Source: an uncultured Deinococcaceae bacterium (GTDB taxonomy: Bacteria > Deinococcota > Deinococci > Deinococcales > Deinococcaceae). Taken from it: 64,000 nt of DNA. Within the stretch, counting starts at the first letter, position 1, and every line of letters begins with the position of its first letter. The notes under the pieces are model-generated. The model was not told where the DNA came from, searched no databases, and saw only the letters and a list, made by a program, of their open reading frames with translations. This document shows, piece by piece, positions 36,574-47,675 of this stretch. The translations under genes and the position numbers were made by a program. The stretch covers positions 100,642 through 164,641 of the forward strand of contig CAXULY010000005.1 of assembly GCA_964252075.1 (NCBI GenBank). Direction: 5' to 3'.

Positions 36574-37599
36574 TTAAGGGCGCAGGCGCAAACCCATCGT
36601 GATGCCCCCCGCGTCGCGCTCCAGTTCCTGCATGCCGAGGTGCCGGTAGAAGCCCTGCGCGCGCTCATTGCGCACGCCGACGCCCAGGTGCACGCCGGGC
36701 GAACCCGCGTCGCGCAGCGCCGCGAACAGCCGCTCCATCAGGCGCCGCCCGTTGCCGCCGCCCTGGCCGCGCGGCAGCAGGTCAATGTGCAGGTGCGATG
36801 GGTAATCGGTCAGCACCGCCGGGTCGCTCAGGGGCGGATGGTGAATGCGGTGCATCAGGCGCTCGTCCGGCGTGCGCTCGGCGGGCGGCACGCCCACCGG
36901 GTCCGGGTACTGCGCGCGCAGCGTGGGCCACCACTCGCGCTCCAGGCGCGCCTCGAAGGCCGCCGTGTCGGGCGCACCGATCACGTACCCGCACACGCCC
37001 GCGTCGTCCTCCAGCACGAACGCGAACTGCGGCTCCAGTGCCAGGTACGGCCCCGCCCAGATGTGCCCGATCAGCAGGGGATCGCGGTAGACGGGCGTGG
37101 CGTCCGCCCCGCTGTCCCCCGTCTCCAGGCAGATGCGGTACAGGGCGTCGTTGTCGCGGGGCTGAGCGGAGCGGATGCTGAACACGCCCCCGGTCATACC
37201 GCGTTCTCCGCCCAGTCGGATGAGCCCCGCCCGTGTGGGCGAGAAGCCGCAGGTGGCATAGAAGCCCTCTAGGTGCGGCTCGAAGTCCACGTGCAGCCAG
37301 TGCGCGCCGCGCGCCCGCGCCTCCACCGCGGCGCGCCGCACGAGTGCCTGCCCGATGCCCCGCCGCTGGTGCCCGGGGTGCACCGTGGTGTCCAGCAGGA
37401 ACGCGTGCACGCCGCCGTCCCACGCGACATTCACGAAGCCGATCAGGTGGTCATCCGCGTGCGCGGTCACCCAGCACAGGCTGCGCGCCAGCACGCCCGA
37501 CCAGTCAGCGTCAGCGGCGACCGACCCCCACGCGGCCCGCCACAGGGCGCGCATGGAGGTCGGTTCGGGTGAGGCGTTCACGCGGTACGTGATGGGCAT
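36574..37599 (-). CDS. Two GNAT acetyltransferase domains in one reading frame
   Basis: Domain 1 DGGVHAFLLDTTVHP..QRRGIG..HVDFEPHL; domain 2 from ATG 37197, LYRICLETG...HLHIDLLPRGQGGG...GVHLGV. Confidence 0.82.
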   Translation of the reverse strand: MPITYRVNASPEPTSMRALWRAAWGSVAADADWSGVLARSLCWVTAHADDHLIGFVNVAWDGGVHAFLLDTTVHPGHQRRGIGQALVRRAAVEARARGAHWLHVDFEPHLEGFYATCGFSPTRAGLIRLGGERGMTGGVFSIRSAQPRDNDALYRICLETGDSGADATPVYRDPLLIGHIWAGPYLALEPQFAFVLEDDAGVCGYVIGAPDTAAFEARLEREWWPTLRAQYPDPVGVPPAERTPDERLMHRIHHPPLSDPAVLTDYPSHLHIDLLPRGQGGGNGRRLMERLFAALRDAGSPGVHLGVGVRNERAQGFYRHLGMQELERDAGGITMGLRLRP

Positions 37600-37613
37600 G
37601 CGGGGAGCATACG

Positions 37614-37650
37614 GCGCGAGGGGCCAGGGTGTTGCCCTGGCCCCTCGCGC
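37614..37650 (-). terminator. Terminator hairpin after the Ig-domain lipoprotein gene
   Basis: 16-bp stem GCGCGAGGGGCCAGGG / CCCTGGCCCCTCGCGC. Confidence 0.7.
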
Positions 37651-37659
37651 GCCCTGTGG

Positions 37660-38700
37660 TCAGGGAATCAGGTACGTCACGACTAGCTGTGGCTTGTGGC
37701 TCTGCCGCGCGGAGTCCACATTGATGCGGTCGGTTTTGTCGTCCGAGTTGGTGCCCAGGGGGAACTTCAGGCGGTACTGCGACCGCGCGCCTCGCGCGGT
37801 TTTCTCCTGCCAGTCGGCGCGCAGCATGGCGCTCACGTCGCCGCTGTTCCAGCCCTCGGTGGTGCCCAGCAGCAGGATGGGACCGCTGCTCTCCCCGTAC
37901 AGCCCGGCAGTCAGGCCGCCCAGCGGGGTGGTGTCGAAGGCGGTGCCTGTGAGGCTAGGGCCGAAGTTCACGGACTCCACGACCACGCTCTTGCCCAGGA
38001 AGAAGCAGTAGGGCGTGCAGGTGACGGGTGGGAAGAGCTTCGAGAAGGGGCTGCCCGTAATGTTGGCGACGTACATCCGTAAACTGGCCTTCTCGATGTG
38101 GTCGGGCGTCAGGCCGTCCGGAAGGCTGGACAGGTCGAAGCTCGTAAAGCCGCGAACAGAACTGTTATCGGCAAAGTCGCCCGCCAGGATGGAAGTGGTT
38201 TTGTAAACATCGTTGTTGTTGTACACCATACCGTCCACCGCGGGGTCGCTGTTCAGGGTTGCCGTGATCTCGCGGTAGGTCTTGAAGGTGGCGGCGGTGT
38301 CGCTGCCCAGCGCGTTCCCCGCTCGGTCCGTGGCGGTGGTGGTCTCCGAGAAGGTGTACGCCTTGCCGCTGGAGGTGTACGCGAGCGCCGCATTCGGCTT
38401 CACGGTCATGACGGTGCCCTCGGTGTTCCAGCTGAAGGTGGCGGGCCCGAGGGTGGCGGACTGGAAGGCCGCCTGCGCGCTCCCCTGGTTCATGGGTTCC
38501 GAGAAGGTCACCACGATGGGCGCGTCCTTCGCGACGCCCGTCGCGCCGTCCGCGGGGCTCACGGACACGACGCTGGGGGCGGTCGTGTCGCCCGCCGGGG
38601 GGGGCGTGGGGGCGGGTGGGGTGGTCTGCTGCCCGCCGCACGAGGCGAGCGCAGCGGTGAGCAGGACGGAGCCGATCAGCAGGGTGGTGGGGTTCTTCAT
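37660..38700 (-). CDS. Lipoprotein with bacterial Ig-like (Big_5-type) domain
   Basis: RBS AAGGAGG, lipobox ALASC, DTTAPSVVSVSPADGATGV...VTFSEPM...DRAGNAL. Confidence 0.88.
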   Translation of the reverse strand: MKNPTTLLIGSVLLTAALASCGGQQTTPPAPTPPPAGDTTAPSVVSVSPADGATGVAKDAPIVVTFSEPMNQGSAQAAFQSATLGPATFSWNTEGTVMTVKPNAALAYTSSGKAYTFSETTTATDRAGNALGSDTAATFKTYREITATLNSDPAVDGMVYNNNDVYKTTSILAGDFADNSSVRGFTSFDLSSLPDGLTPDHIEKASLRMYVANITGSPFSKLFPPVTCTPYCFFLGKSVVVESVNFGPSLTGTAFDTTPLGGLTAGLYGESSGPILLLGTTEGWNSGDVSAMLRADWQEKTARGARSQYRLKFPLGTNSDDKTDRINVDSARQSHKPQLVVTYLIP

Positions 38701-38817
38701 GGGGTTTCCTCCTTCCGCACGGTGCGGTCCGCTTGGCCCGATTCCGTTTGGTGAGGTCATGGTGCAATTCGGGGTCTGAAAAGCCCCTGAACGCCCCGCA
38801 GCGCGTAGCCTGAGGGC

Positions 38818-39918
38818 ATGAGCGGCCCCACCCCCACCTCGCGGCGTGACACCCTCCCGGACCTGCTGCGTGGCCTCGCGGTGGGCGGCATCCTGATTGT
38901 GAACATGCAGGACTTCGCGGGCTTCCGGGAGTGGGACCAGACGGGCGTGGACCGGGTGGCGCAGGCCCTCACGGACTTCCTCGTGAACGGCAAGAGCATC
39001 TCCCTGTTCGCGCTGCTGTTCGGGGCGGGCCTCGCGGCGTTCACGGCGCGCCACGGCGTGGGGCGCGCGGCTTGGCGACTGGCGGTGCTTCTCGCGCTGG
39101 GCGGCCTGCACTTCGCGCTGCTGTGGCACGGCGACATCATCGCGAACTACGCGCTGACGGGGGTGGCGTTGCTGGCGCTGGTGCGGGTGCCCGTCCCGGC
39201 CCTGCTGGGCCTCGCGGCGCTGCTGGAGGGCGGGTGGCTGCTGTGGCAGCTGCTGTCCGCGCTGGGCAGCACGGGTGCGCGCTGGACGACCTTCGATGCC
39301 TTCCCGGCGGGCGCCACGTACGCCTCCATTCTGCTGGAGCGCGCGCGGACGTGGTGGCCGGACCTGTGGGCGAACACGCTCTTCAATTTCCCGCTGCTGC
39401 TGGCGCTGCTGTCGCTCGGCGCGGGTCTGCAGCGCGCGGGCGTGCTGTCCCGCCCTGAGGCGCACCGGGGGCTGCTGCGCGGCCTGCTGATCGCGGGCGC
39501 CGTGCTGGGCACGCCGCTGAACGTGTGGCTGGTGTGGCTGAACACGCAGGACAGCGCGGCCACCGGGTACTTCGCGCTGGTGGCGCGCATGGCGGGCGGC
39601 CTGGCGTTCGCGCTGGCGTACCTGGGGGGCTTCGGGCTGCTGGTCGCGGCGGGCCGGGGGCGGCGCCTCGCGCCGCTCGTTGCGGCGGGCCGCATGAGCC
39701 TCACGCATTACCTCACGCAGTCGCTGGTGTGCACCACGCTATTCTACCCGTACGCGCTGGCGCAGTTCGGGCGCTGGGGCGCCGCCGCCTGCCTGCTGTT
39801 CGCGCTCGCGCTGTACGCCGTGCAGGTCGCGGTGTCCCGTCCGTGGCTGGCGCGCTTCGGGCGCGGGCCGCTGGAGGCGCTGCTGCGCCTCGCGGTGTAC
39901 GGGCGGCGCCGCGCGTGA
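38818..39918 (+). CDS. DUF418 family membrane protein
   Basis: DLLRGLAVGGILIVN, LFALLFGAG, LWHGDI, GRMSLTHYLTQS, GPLEALLR. Confidence 0.9.
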   Translation: MSGPTPTSRRDTLPDLLRGLAVGGILIVNMQDFAGFREWDQTGVDRVAQALTDFLVNGKSISLFALLFGAGLAAFTARHGVGRAAWRLAVLLALGGLHFALLWHGDIIANYALTGVALLALVRVPVPALLGLAALLEGGWLLWQLLSALGSTGARWTTFDAFPAGATYASILLERARTWWPDLWANTLFNFPLLLALLSLGAGLQRAGVLSRPEAHRGLLRGLLIAGAVLGTPLNVWLVWLNTQDSAATGYFALVARMAGGLAFALAYLGGFGLLVAAGRGRRLAPLVAAGRMSLTHYLTQSLVCTTLFYPYALAQFGRWGAAACLLFALALYAVQVAVSRPWLARFGRGPLEALLRLAVYGRRRA

Positions 39919-39930
39919 CGCGCGTAACGC

Positions 39931-40725
39931 TCAGCCGCCGCGCGAACCGGTGTAATCGGGGTCGGTGAAGGGGCCGCCGTTCAGGGCGGGCGCCTCGCCT
40001 CCTGTGCCCTGCAGGTCCGCCGCGTACGCCTCGGCGTCGTCCTGCGGCTGGTAGCCGAGCGCGAAGGCCGCGCGGTTGTCCGCGAAGCCGCGCCGGTTGC
40101 CGGACAGGCCGTACACGACCGCGTATCCGAGGCTGGGGGCGCCCAGCAGCACCCGCACCAGTTGCGTGAGGTCGCGGTGACTCACCCAGGTGTTCAGGTG
40201 GCGGGCGTTCATGGGCCGCGCCTCGAAACTCCCGATGCGCAGGCACGCCACCTGAAGGCCGTACTTGTCGTGGTACAGCCGCCCCAGCGCCTCCCCGTAC
40301 ACCTTGCTCACGCCGTACTGCGTGTCCGGGCGGGGGAGCGCGTCCGACCCCACCTGATCCGCGACGGGGTAGAAGCCCACTGCGTGAATGGAGCTCGCGA
40401 ACAGCACGCGCCGCACGCCCTGCGCGCGCGCCGCCTCGAACACGTGCGCCGTGCCGCGCACGTTCACGTCCAGAATGCGCTCGTAGGGCGCCTCGTCGGG
40501 AATGCCGCCCAGGTGCACGACGGCGTCCACGCCCTGCAGGGCGTGCAGCACCGCCTGCGGGTCGCGCAGGTCGGCGGGGGCGTCCTCCTCGTGCGGCTGG
40601 AGGTCCGGGGTGGGCGTGAGGTCGCTGAGCCGCACGGTGGGAATCACGCCGCGCAGCCCTTCGCGCAGCACCCGCCCGATCTGCCCGTGCGCGCCCGTGA
40701 TGAGCACCCTGGTCAAGCTGGTCAT
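39931..40725 (-). CDS. NAD-dependent epimerase/dehydratase (uronate dehydrogenase-like)
   Basis: ITGAHGQIG, FASSIHAVG, PDTQYGVSK, CLRIGS. Confidence 0.88.
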   Translation of the reverse strand: MTSLTRVLITGAHGQIGRVLREGLRGVIPTVRLSDLTPTPDLQPHEEDAPADLRDPQAVLHALQGVDAVVHLGGIPDEAPYERILDVNVRGTAHVFEAARAQGVRRVLFASSIHAVGFYPVADQVGSDALPRPDTQYGVSKVYGEALGRLYHDKYGLQVACLRIGSFEARPMNARHLNTWVSHRDLTQLVRVLLGAPSLGYAVVYGLSGNRRGFADNRAAFALGYQPQDDAEAYAADLQGTGGEAPALNGGPFTDPDYTGSRGG

Positions 40726-40795
40726 GCCCGCGATGCTACCCGTTTTCAGGACGCGGGGGCGGGGGCCGCGCGGCCCCCGCCCCCAGCAGCCTGCC

Positions 40796-41998
40796 TTACT
40801 GCGCGGTCTGCTGCACGGCGGCGCGCAGGGCGTCCACGCGGTCCGTCTGCTCCCACGGGAACTCCGCGCGCCCGAAGTGCCCGTACGCGGCGGTCTGCGC
40901 GTAGATGGGGCGTTGCAGGTCCAGCTGCGCGATGATCGCGGTGGGGCGCGCGTCGAACACCTGCGCCACCACCTGCGCGAGCGCCTCGTCGCTCACCTTG
41001 CCGGTGCCGGAGGTGTCCACCCGCATGCTCACGGGGTTCGCGCGCCCGATGGCGTACGCGATCTCCACCAGCGCCCGGTCCGCGAGGCCCGCCGCGACGA
41101 GGTTCTTCGCGATGTAGCGCGCGTAGTACGCGGCGCTGCGGTCCACCTTGGTGGGGTCCTTGCCGGAGAAGGCGCCGCCGCCGTGCGGCACCGCGCCGCC
41201 GTAGGTGTCCACGATGATCTTGCGGCCCGTGAGGCCCGTGTCGCCGTGCGGCCCGCCAATCACGAACTTTCCGGACGGGTTGATGAAGAACTTCGTGTCC
41301 GCGCGCAGCAACTCGGTGGGCACCACGCGCCGGATGAGGGCGATCATGTCCTCGCGGATGCGCTCCTGCGGCACGTCCTCGTGGTGCTGCGTGCTGATCA
41401 CGACGGTGTCCACCCAGGTGTCCCCGCCGTCCCGCACGACCGTCACCTGCGCCTTGGCGTCCGGGCGGAGGTACTCGATGCGGCCTTCCTTGCGGGCGTT
41501 CGCGAGTTCCCGCGTGAGGCGGTGCGCGAGCGTGATGGGCAGCGGCATCAGTTCCGGCGTCTCGTTCGTGGCGTACCCGAACATCAGGCCCTGGTCGCCC
41601 GCGCCGATGCGGCTGAAGGCGTGCTCCGGGAGGAGGCGCTCGGCGTCTGTCATGCCGCGCCACTCCTCGGACTCGTTCACGCCGCCCGCGATGTCGGGGC
41701 TCTGCTCATGCAGGCTCACCAGCACCGCGCTGTACTCCGCGTCAAAGCCGTAGTGCGCGCGGGTGTAGCCCACCGCCTTCACGGCGTCGCGCACCACGCG
41801 CTGCACGTCCACATGCGCGGTGTGCGCCGTCACTTCGCCCGCCACGACCGCCATGCCGGTCGTAAGGAGCGTCTCCACCGCGACGCGCGAGGTGGGCTCT
41901 TGCCGCAGGAACTCATCCAGGATGCTGTCCGAGATGAAGTCCGCGAGCTTGTCCGGGTGGCCTTCACTGACCGACTCCGAGGTGTAGTACTTCCTCAT
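40796..41998 (-). CDS. metK: S-adenosylmethionine synthetase
   Basis: [52 protein letters not shown]. Confidence 0.98.
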   Translation of the reverse strand: MRKYYTSESVSEGHPDKLADFISDSILDEFLRQEPTSRVAVETLLTTGMAVVAGEVTAHTAHVDVQRVVRDAVKAVGYTRAHYGFDAEYSAVLVSLHEQSPDIAGGVNESEEWRGMTDAERLLPEHAFSRIGAGDQGLMFGYATNETPELMPLPITLAHRLTRELANARKEGRIEYLRPDAKAQVTVVRDGGDTWVDTVVISTQHHEDVPQERIREDMIALIRRVVPTELLRADTKFFINPSGKFVIGGPHGDTGLTGRKIIVDTYGGAVPHGGGAFSGKDPTKVDRSAAYYARYIAKNLVAAGLADRALVEIAYAIGRANPVSMRVDTSGTGKVSDEALAQVVAQVFDARPTAIIAQLDLQRPIYAQTAAYGHFGRAEFPWEQTDRVDALRAAVQQTAQ

Positions 41999-42098
41999 GC
42001 CGTCTCCATGCGCCGGGGCTGCGTTTCACAGAACAGACCTGCGAAGGAGTTCCGCGGACCCCGGCGAGGCGCCCCGGCCGGGGCGCCCCTCAAGCTTA
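41999..42098 (-). promoter_or_regulatory. metK promoter (-10 TAAGCT) and ~88-nt structured leader
   Basis: Minus-strand TAAGCT at 42093-42098, palindromic hairpin 42068-42087, 8-bp stem 42011-42018/42059-42066, SD GGAG at 42004-42007. Confidence 0.5.
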
Positions 42099-42143
42099 AC
42101 AAGCGCGGGGCGGGACGCGTGGCCTCACACCTTCAGGTGGAGT

Positions 42144-42380
42144 TCAGAGGGGCCGCTCGCCGTCCTCCGCGCGGCGCCGCATGATGTCGCTCAGGTCGCG
42201 GCTCTCCAGTTCCTGCTGCGTGACGGGCAGCGCGCGCGTGAAGCTCACCTGCAGCCCACGCGCCTCCAGCTGATCGGTCAGGGCGTCCGAGGCGGCCTCC
42301 ATGTCGGCGGGCGTGACGGCGCCGCCCCCCTTGCGGACGACCAGGGCGATGACGGCCCACGCGGCGTGCTCGTGCTCCAT
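42144..42380 (-). CDS. Small hypothetical protein (78 aa)
   Basis: MEHEHAAWAVIALVVRK...; host-like codon usage; CATGAT 6 nt before the ATG. Confidence 0.6.
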   Translation of the reverse strand: MEHEHAAWAVIALVVRKGGGAVTPADMEAASDALTDQLEARGLQVSFTRALPVTQQELESRDLSDIMRRRAEDGERPL

Positions 42381-42446
42381 GCGGCCATCATGCCACGCGC
42401 CCGCGCCCGCCCCCGGCGAAAGTGCCAGGGGCGGGCGCCCATCCAT

Positions 42447-44117
42447 TCAGGCGCGCTCGCCCAGCTGGTGGTCCTTGTACTGCTCGCGCAGCTCACGCTT
42501 CACGAACTTCCCGGTCGGCCCGATGGGCAGCGCCTCCGCGAACACGTACGCGTCCGGCAGCCACCACTTCGCGAAGCGCGGCGCCAGGAACGCGTGCAGG
42601 TCCGCGTCGCTCACCTGCTGCCCGGCGCGCAGCACCACCACCGCGAGGGGCCGCTCGTCCCACTTGGGGTGCGCCAGCGCGATCACGGCGGCCTGCGCGA
42701 CCGCCGGGTGCGCCATCAGGGCGTTTTCCAGGTCCACGCTGGAGATCCACTCCCCGCCGGACTTGATGAGGTCTTTGGCGCGGTCCTGGATGTGCATGGT
42801 GCCGCGCGCGTCGATGGTGGCGATGTCCCCGGTGTCGAACCACTCCAGGCCGTTCAGGGTCAGGAAGTTGTCCCCGAGGCCCTCGCCGCGGTGGTAGCTG
42901 GCGGTGATCCACGGGCCGCGCGCGATGAGGCGCCCCATGGTGCGCCCGTCGTGCGGGAGCGGCTGCCCCGCGTCATCCACGATCTCCAGGTCCACCAGCG
43001 GCACGGGGCGGCCCTGCTTCGCCTGGATGGCGTAGCCCTCGTCGGAGGTCTCCTCGATGCCGGGCGGCACGGTGCTCACGGTGCCGAGCGGGTGCGTCTC
43101 GGTCATGCCCCAGGCGTGCGCGAGCTTCAGGCCGTGGCGCTCCCGGAACGCCCGGATGAGCGCCTCGGGCGCCGCCGACCCGCCCACCACGAGGCGTTCC
43201 AGGGGCGAGAGATCGTAGGGCTCGCCCGCCTGCGCGGCTCGGTCCAGCTCCGCGAGGAGGCCCATCCAGATGGTCGGCACGCCCGCCGTGATGGTCACGC
43301 GCTCGTCCTGTAGCAGTCGCGCAACACTCACGCCGTCACTGAAGGCGCCCGCGAAGACCTGCGCCGCGCCGAACATCGCGCAGGTGTACGGCAGGCCCCA
43401 GGCGTTCACGTGGAACATCGGCACGATGGGCAGCACGCGGTCCCGCTCCCCCACGTCCAGGCCGTCCTTGGGCGCGCTCGCGAGGCTGTGCAGCACCGTC
43501 GAGCGGTGCGAGTACACCACACCCTTCGGGTTCCCCGTCGTGCCGGAGGTGTAGCACATCGCGGCGGGCGCGCGCTCGTCCAGCACCGGGTAGGTGAAGG
43601 TGTCCGGGTGCGCAGCGATCCAGGCGTCGTAATCCTCGGCGCCCGGCACGGCCTCGCGGGTGGGGCCGTACACGAACACCCGCTCCAGCTTCGGGCAGCC
43701 CGCCAGCACCGTCGGAATGACCGCCGCGAAGGCGTTCTCGATGAGCAGCACGCGGTCCTCGGCGTGATTCAGGATGTAGCAGATCTGCTCGGCGTGCAGG
43801 CGGATGTTCACGGTGTGCAGCACGAACCCGGCGCTCGGCACGCCCAGGTACGCCTCCAGGTGCCGGAAGCTGTTCACCGCGAGGGTCGCCACGCGGTCGC
43901 CGGGCTGCAGGCCCAGCGCCGTGAGGGCGTTCGCGAGCTGCAGGGCGCGGCGCGTCACCTCGCCGTAGGTGCTGCGGTGCACGCGCGGGAAGGGCTTGCC
44001 GGACTCGTCCAGCCCGCCGACCAGCAGGCTCACGACGTCACGGTCGGGGTACAGGGTCCGCGCCCGCTCCAGAATGCTGGAAACGGTGAGCGGCACGTCC
44101 ATCATGGTTGCGCGCAA
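42447..44117 (-). CDS. Long-chain fatty acid-CoA ligase
   Basis: YTSGTTGNPKG, PMFHVNAWG, WGMTET, TGD, DRAKDLIKSGGEWISS. Confidence 0.93.
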   Translation of the reverse strand: MRATMMDVPLTVSSILERARTLYPDRDVVSLLVGGLDESGKPFPRVHRSTYGEVTRRALQLANALTALGLQPGDRVATLAVNSFRHLEAYLGVPSAGFVLHTVNIRLHAEQICYILNHAEDRVLLIENAFAAVIPTVLAGCPKLERVFVYGPTREAVPGAEDYDAWIAAHPDTFTYPVLDERAPAAMCYTSGTTGNPKGVVYSHRSTVLHSLASAPKDGLDVGERDRVLPIVPMFHVNAWGLPYTCAMFGAAQVFAGAFSDGVSVARLLQDERVTITAGVPTIWMGLLAELDRAAQAGEPYDLSPLERLVVGGSAAPEALIRAFRERHGLKLAHAWGMTETHPLGTVSTVPPGIEETSDEGYAIQAKQGRPVPLVDLEIVDDAGQPLPHDGRTMGRLIARGPWITASYHRGEGLGDNFLTLNGLEWFDTGDIATIDARGTMHIQDRAKDLIKSGGEWISSVDLENALMAHPAVAQAAVIALAHPKWDERPLAVVVLRAGQQVSDADLHAFLAPRFAKWWLPDAYVFAEALPIGPTGKFVKRELREQYKDHQLGERA

Positions 44118-44204
44118 GGTGGGGCCTCCGGAAACTGCAGGGAATTTCGTTCATTGTAGAGCGTTCCCCCGCCCGGAAGGCCCACCGCGCTCAATCTGGA
44201 GCGG

Positions 44205-45188
<984 letters not shown>

Positions 45189-45239
45189 GTGTGCCTCCCT
45201 TGAAGGTGCGGGCCGCCCGGAGCGTGCCCGCGGTGCGGT

Positions 45240-45677
45240 TCAGGTGCGGGTTGGTGTGGAACGCGCCTCCGCCGCCAGGGCGGGGGGCGCGCCGCCCGGG
45301 TCCAGCAGGTGCGCGGCGCGGTAGTGATCGCGCAACTTGTGCTCGATGGCCGCGAGGTCCCCCCGCAGCCGCTCCATCTGCGCCAGCACGTCCGCGCGGT
45401 GCGCGAGCAGCAACGCCGTGCGCTGCGCCGTGGTGGACTCCCCCTGCCCCGCGAGCGTCACGTACTGCCGGATGGCCGCGATGGGCATGCCCGTGGCGCG
45501 CAGGCGCAGCAGGAAGCGCAGGGCCTCCAGCTCCCGCGCGCTGTAGCGGCGGTGCTGGCTGGCCGCGCGCGGCACGCCCAGCAGGCCCACCCGCTCGTAG
45601 TAGCGCAGGGTGTGCGCGCTCACCGAGAGGACCTCGGCGGCCTCGCGGATGCTCAGGCTGGCTGGGGCTTCGTCCAC
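45240..45677 (-). CDS. MerR family transcriptional regulator (AdhR/NmlR-like)
   Basis: SIREAA...HTLRYYERVGLL, RRYS, LRATGMPIAAIRQY. Confidence 0.92.
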   Translation of the reverse strand: MDEAPASLSIREAAEVLSVSAHTLRYYERVGLLGVPRAASQHRRYSARELEALRFLLRLRATGMPIAAIRQYVTLAGQGESTTAQRTALLLAHRADVLAQMERLRGDLAAIEHKLRDHYRAAHLLDPGGAPPALAAEARSTPTRT

Positions 45678-45683
45678 CCCCCC

Positions 45684-45714
45684 ACGCTAAGACTTCGAGC
45701 GCACTCGAAGTCAA
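45684..45714 (-). promoter_or_regulatory. MerR-type promoter with 19-bp spacer and dyad operator
   Basis: TTGACT-N19-TAGCGT-N6-GTG; dyad GACTTCGAG-CGCA-CTCGAAGTC at 45691-45712. Confidence 0.88.
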
Positions 45715-45922
45715 GGGTGGGCCTCACAGCCCACCATGCTGACCGTGGTACACCGCGATGGCGGCGCCTCGCCACTCCCCAGCAGTCCAGGCGCAGCCCG
45801 TCCTGCACGTAGGCCCCTCGCACCTGGGGTGTGGACGGCCGTGCGCCGGTCCAGACCCCACATGTGCGCTCCTTGAGCGGAGGGAAAAGGACCGTTACGC
45901 TGGGGCAGGACGGAGGACAAGC

Positions 45923-46318
45923 ATGCAGAAGCACAAGCGGTGGGTGACGGCGCTCGTCGGGCTGGGTTTGATGGGCCTCGCGGCGCAGGCGGGCGCGCAG
46001 AACAACTGCGACGGCAACACGAACGACTTCGACGCCGTGTACTGCCTCTCCAAGGTGTTCGTGCAGGCCGACGCGGACCTGAACACCGCGTACACCAAGC
46101 TGCGCGCCCAGCTGAACCCCGCCGCGCGCACCAAGCTGCGCGACCTGGAGCGCGCCTGGATTAGCCGCCGGAACACCGAGTGCGTGGGGGACAGCGACCG
46201 GGGCCGCCTCGTGTACGTGGACTGCGCCGTGCAGATGACCGTGGACCGCGCGAACTTCCTGAACGACCGTGTCCGCGAGTGCGCCACCTCGGGCTGCCGC
46301 GTGAGCGCCCTGCGCTAG
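45923..46318 (+). CDS. Secreted LprI (lysozyme inhibitor-like) family protein
   Basis: RBS GGAGG, signal peptide, C...ADADLNTAY..L...LRDLERAWISRRNTEC, six Cys. Confidence 0.85.
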   Translation: MQKHKRWVTALVGLGLMGLAAQAGAQNNCDGNTNDFDAVYCLSKVFVQADADLNTAYTKLRAQLNPAARTKLRDLERAWISRRNTECVGDSDRGRLVYVDCAVQMTVDRANFLNDRVRECATSGCRVSALR

Positions 46319-46328
46319 CGGCGCGCCG

Positions 46329-47597
46329 TCACGCTCCGCGCTGCAGGTCCGGCAGCGCGGAGCGCAGCCACGCGCGCGCCTCGCGCTTGAGGTGCGGCGC
46401 GACGAACACGTACTCCGCCTGCACCGCCGCGTCGCTGCGCAGCAGGCGCGAGCGCTCGCGGGCGGGCACGCTCACCCCGCGCTCCAGCAGCAGGAAATCC
46501 AGGCGGCCGGGGCGCCGCTCCACCGGATCGAAAATCACGTTGCTCGCCCCGAACACCTCGCGCGCCGCGACCGCCACGCGCCGCGCGAGCAGCGCGTCCG
46601 GCGCCTGACGCGAGCGGAACAGCAGGCGGTAATGTTCGCGGCGCAGGATGCGCCGCGCCCACCCCTGCCCCGGCGCGCCCGCGTCCGCGTCCGCGCGGCG
46701 CATCGCGGCGAACACCTCGTCGTCCGTGAGGCGCAGGTGCCGCTCCGGGTCCGCGGAGAAACACCCGTGGTCGCCCTCCGGCAGCAGCGGCGTGCCGAGC
46801 GCCTCGCGCAGGAACTGCCCGAGGTGGTGGTCCAGCACGCGCCGCACCGGGTGGAAGTACAGCTGCTCGTACAGGAAATCCCGCGTGGTGAGCAGCGCCT
46901 CCGCCGCCTGCAGGGCGCCCGCCTCCAGCCCCACCACCGTGCCGCGCGGCCCCTCCAGCAGCACCAGGCGGCTTACCAGCCGCGCCGCGTCGAACGCGCC
47001 GCCCACCGCGCCGCTGTGGTACGCGTCGCGCAGCAGGTAATCCACGCGGTCCGCGCCGAACGCGTCGCCCGTGATGAGGCCCGAGAGCGTCACCTCCCAG
47101 CCGCCCGCTTCCTGCTCGCCCACCGCGACGCGCGCCACGTCCTGCGGGTCCAGGCCCATCTGGCGCAGCGGCCCCGCCATCTCGCCCAGGATCAGGCGCG
47201 CACTGAGGTCCTCGTGCGTCAGGCCGCGCGGCAGCAGGTCCTCCGCCGCGTGCGAGAACGGCAGGTGCCCCAGGTCGTGCAGCAGCGCCGCCATGCGCAC
47301 CACCGACCTCCAGTACGCACGGTCCAGGCCGTCCGGGAGCGGCAGCGCGCCCTCAAAGCGCTCCGCGTTGCCGCTCACCGCGTCGAAGGCGCGGCCCGCG
47401 AGGTGCATCACGCCCAGGCTGTGCTCGAAGCGGCGGTGCGTGGCGCCCGGATACACCTGCATCGCCAGCGCCAGCTGATGAATGTGCCGCAGGCGCTGCA
47501 CGGGCCGCGCGTCCAGCAGTTCCCGCTCCGGCCCGCTCAGCCGCACGAAGCCATGAATGGGGTCCTTGATCTCGTGCCAGCGCCCACCGGGGGTCAT
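46329..47597 (-). CDS. HD-domain phosphohydrolase (SAMHD1/dNTPase-like)
   Basis: IKDPIHG, QRLRHIHQL, HRRFEHSLG, LLHDLGHLPFSH, ADRVDYLLRD, YFHP. Leaderless TACAAT-6-ATG. Confidence 0.92.
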   Translation of the reverse strand: MTPGGRWHEIKDPIHGFVRLSGPERELLDARPVQRLRHIHQLALAMQVYPGATHRRFEHSLGVMHLAGRAFDAVSGNAERFEGALPLPDGLDRAYWRSVVRMAALLHDLGHLPFSHAAEDLLPRGLTHEDLSARLILGEMAGPLRQMGLDPQDVARVAVGEQEAGGWEVTLSGLITGDAFGADRVDYLLRDAYHSGAVGGAFDAARLVSRLVLLEGPRGTVVGLEAGALQAAEALLTTRDFLYEQLYFHPVRRVLDHHLGQFLREALGTPLLPEGDHGCFSADPERHLRLTDDEVFAAMRRADADAGAPGQGWARRILRREHYRLLFRSRQAPDALLARRVAVAAREVFGASNVIFDPVERRPGRLDFLLLERGVSVPARERSRLLRSDAAVQAEYVFVAPHLKREARAWLRSALPDLQRGA

Positions 47598-47675
47598 GCG
47601 GGCATTGTAGGGCCGGCCCCCCGCCCTGCCACATTTGTGCGGCGCGCGCGCGCCAGCGCCCGCTATGGTGCGGGC

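Noticed and set aside
41995..42009. Mini-ORF ATG GAG ACG GCA TGA overlapping the metK start
   Set aside because: It has no RBS of its own and is probably a by-product of the GGAG SD sequence.
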